A stretch of DNA of 32,000 bases from assembly GCA_045568075.1 (NCBI GenBank), contig JBJLBP010000001.1:300001-332000 (forward strand). Direction: 5' to 3'. Under the pieces are notes generated by a model. It had not been told where the DNA came from, did not search any database, and saw only the letters and a program-made list of their open reading frames with translations. Origin of the DNA: Candidatus Thalassarchaeaceae archaeon. Its GTDB lineage: Archaea; Thermoplasmatota; Poseidoniia; Poseidoniales; Thalassarchaeaceae. The translations under genes and the position numbers were made by a program. Below are positions 31,483-32,000 of this stretch, in pieces (the first letter of the stretch is position 1; each line of letters opens with the position of its first letter).

Positions 31483-32000
31483 GCGAGGACTCAGATGAAA
31501 TCACGCTCAACACCGGCCAGCGGCTGGCGCTCAATCTCGATTCACATATTGTCATCGACGCAGGAGCGGGAACTGGAAAGACGATGACCATCGTCGAACG
31601 AGTAGTCCAACATTATCTCGAAGAAGATCAGCGGGCAACACGAATTCTCCCTCAGCCTGAGAGACCTCGCCGACTTGAAGGTGGCACAATTGTCTCACCA
31701 ATGGCGGAGCGCAAGGATTTGCGGGATTGGGGAGGATTGCTCCCTGGGGAGGTCGTTCTACTCACTTTCACCGTCGCAGCAGCCGATAAGATGCGTGACG
31801 AATTGAGGCAGAAAATCGCTCGTTTAGGAGTCGGTTCCTACGGTTCCTCGGGCGGCTATGATGCAGATCCACGAATCACCGACAAAGGCTTCCCCGAGCA
31901 GCTTCTGATGTTGGTTGAAGATGCTCCGATTGGCACAATCGACTCATTCTTCAATCAACTCGTTGCTCCATTCCGAAGTTTGCTGGGTGACGAATTAGGC
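31479..32000 (+). CDS. addA: AddA/UvrD-family superfamily-1 helicase, N-terminal part; it continues beyond the window.
   Basis: This ORF is not in the ORF track because it has no stop in the window. ATG 31479 overlaps the addB TGA (31480-31482). The frame is open to base 32000. Translation: MSEDSDEITLNTGQRLALNLDSHIVIDAGAGTGKTMTIVERV... (motif I AGAGTGKT), LLTFTVAAADKMRDEL (motif Ia), APIGTIDSFFNQL (the TIHSF-like motif). Confidence 0.75.
   Translation, partial: MSEDSDEITLNTGQRLALNLDSHIVIDAGAGTGKTMTIVERVVQHYLEEDQRATRILPQPERPRRLEGGTIVSPMAERKDLRDWGGLLPGEVVLLTFTVAAADKMRDELRQKIARLGVGSYGSSGGYDADPRITDKGFPEQLLMLVEDAPIGTIDSFFNQLVAPFRSLLGDELG

Noticed and set aside
27122-31591. Numerous 60-180-aa ORFs on both strands, including 27122-27673, 27881-28393, 28764-29201, 30549-31082 and 31229-31591.
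   Set aside because: They are nested in or antisense to the thioredoxin-like, addB and addA genes, all of which carry clear family motifs. They are typical shadow ORFs in sequence of about 50-55% GC (estimated by eye).
1-32000. Looked for integrases, transposases, terminal inverted repeats, tRNA-flanked islands, and toxin-antitoxin or restriction-modification genes that would mark a mobile or defence island.
   Set aside because: No such motifs were found in any ORF. The only candidate horizontally acquired block is addB-addA, which lacks visible mobile-element boundaries within the window.

Overview
This is a 32-kb chromosomal segment that is archaeal by gene content: MCM replicative helicase, GatE and an archaeal-type Pth2. 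A marine planktonic euryarchaeote (Marine Group II/Poseidoniales-like) is my guess, and I cannot verify it. The window is almost fully coding, and I saw no rRNA, tRNA, CRISPR array or transposase.

Gene order:
- The 3' end of a Liv-type substrate-binding protein gene, a hairpin terminator, a 1241-aa fused LivH-LivM permease, then livG and livF.
- On the minus strand, an alpha/beta hydrolase and a PPC/DUF296 protein.
- A 253-nt divergent intergenic region carrying ORB-like (origin-recognition-box-like) elements directly upstream of mcm.
- gatE, interrupted by a frame change before its C-terminal tail domain.
- A DUF4430 protein paired with an ECF-S-like membrane protein, then pth2.
- A Gly/Ala-rich membrane protein with aquaporin-like half-repeats but no NPA motifs.
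- A cysteine-dioxygenase-like cupin convergent with a class I/II aminotransferase.
- The dominant feature: three tandem paralogous genes (about 9.4 kb) for 1018-1074-aa type-I surface proteins. Each has a signal sequence, a 7-blade RCC1 propeller, a TSP3-like DxDxDG site, a 522/523-aa ladder of 32 evenly spaced cysteines (34-aa ephrin-receptor-like/GCC2_GCC3-like units), a TM helix and a basic tail.
- Threonine aldolase, then a secreted DUF1223-like thioredoxin-fold CxxC protein.
- A bacterial-type addB-addA pair (Fe-S PD-(D/E)XK nuclease plus UvrD-like helicase) that runs off the window end.

All functional calls rest on motifs read by eye from the translations. No database search was run.
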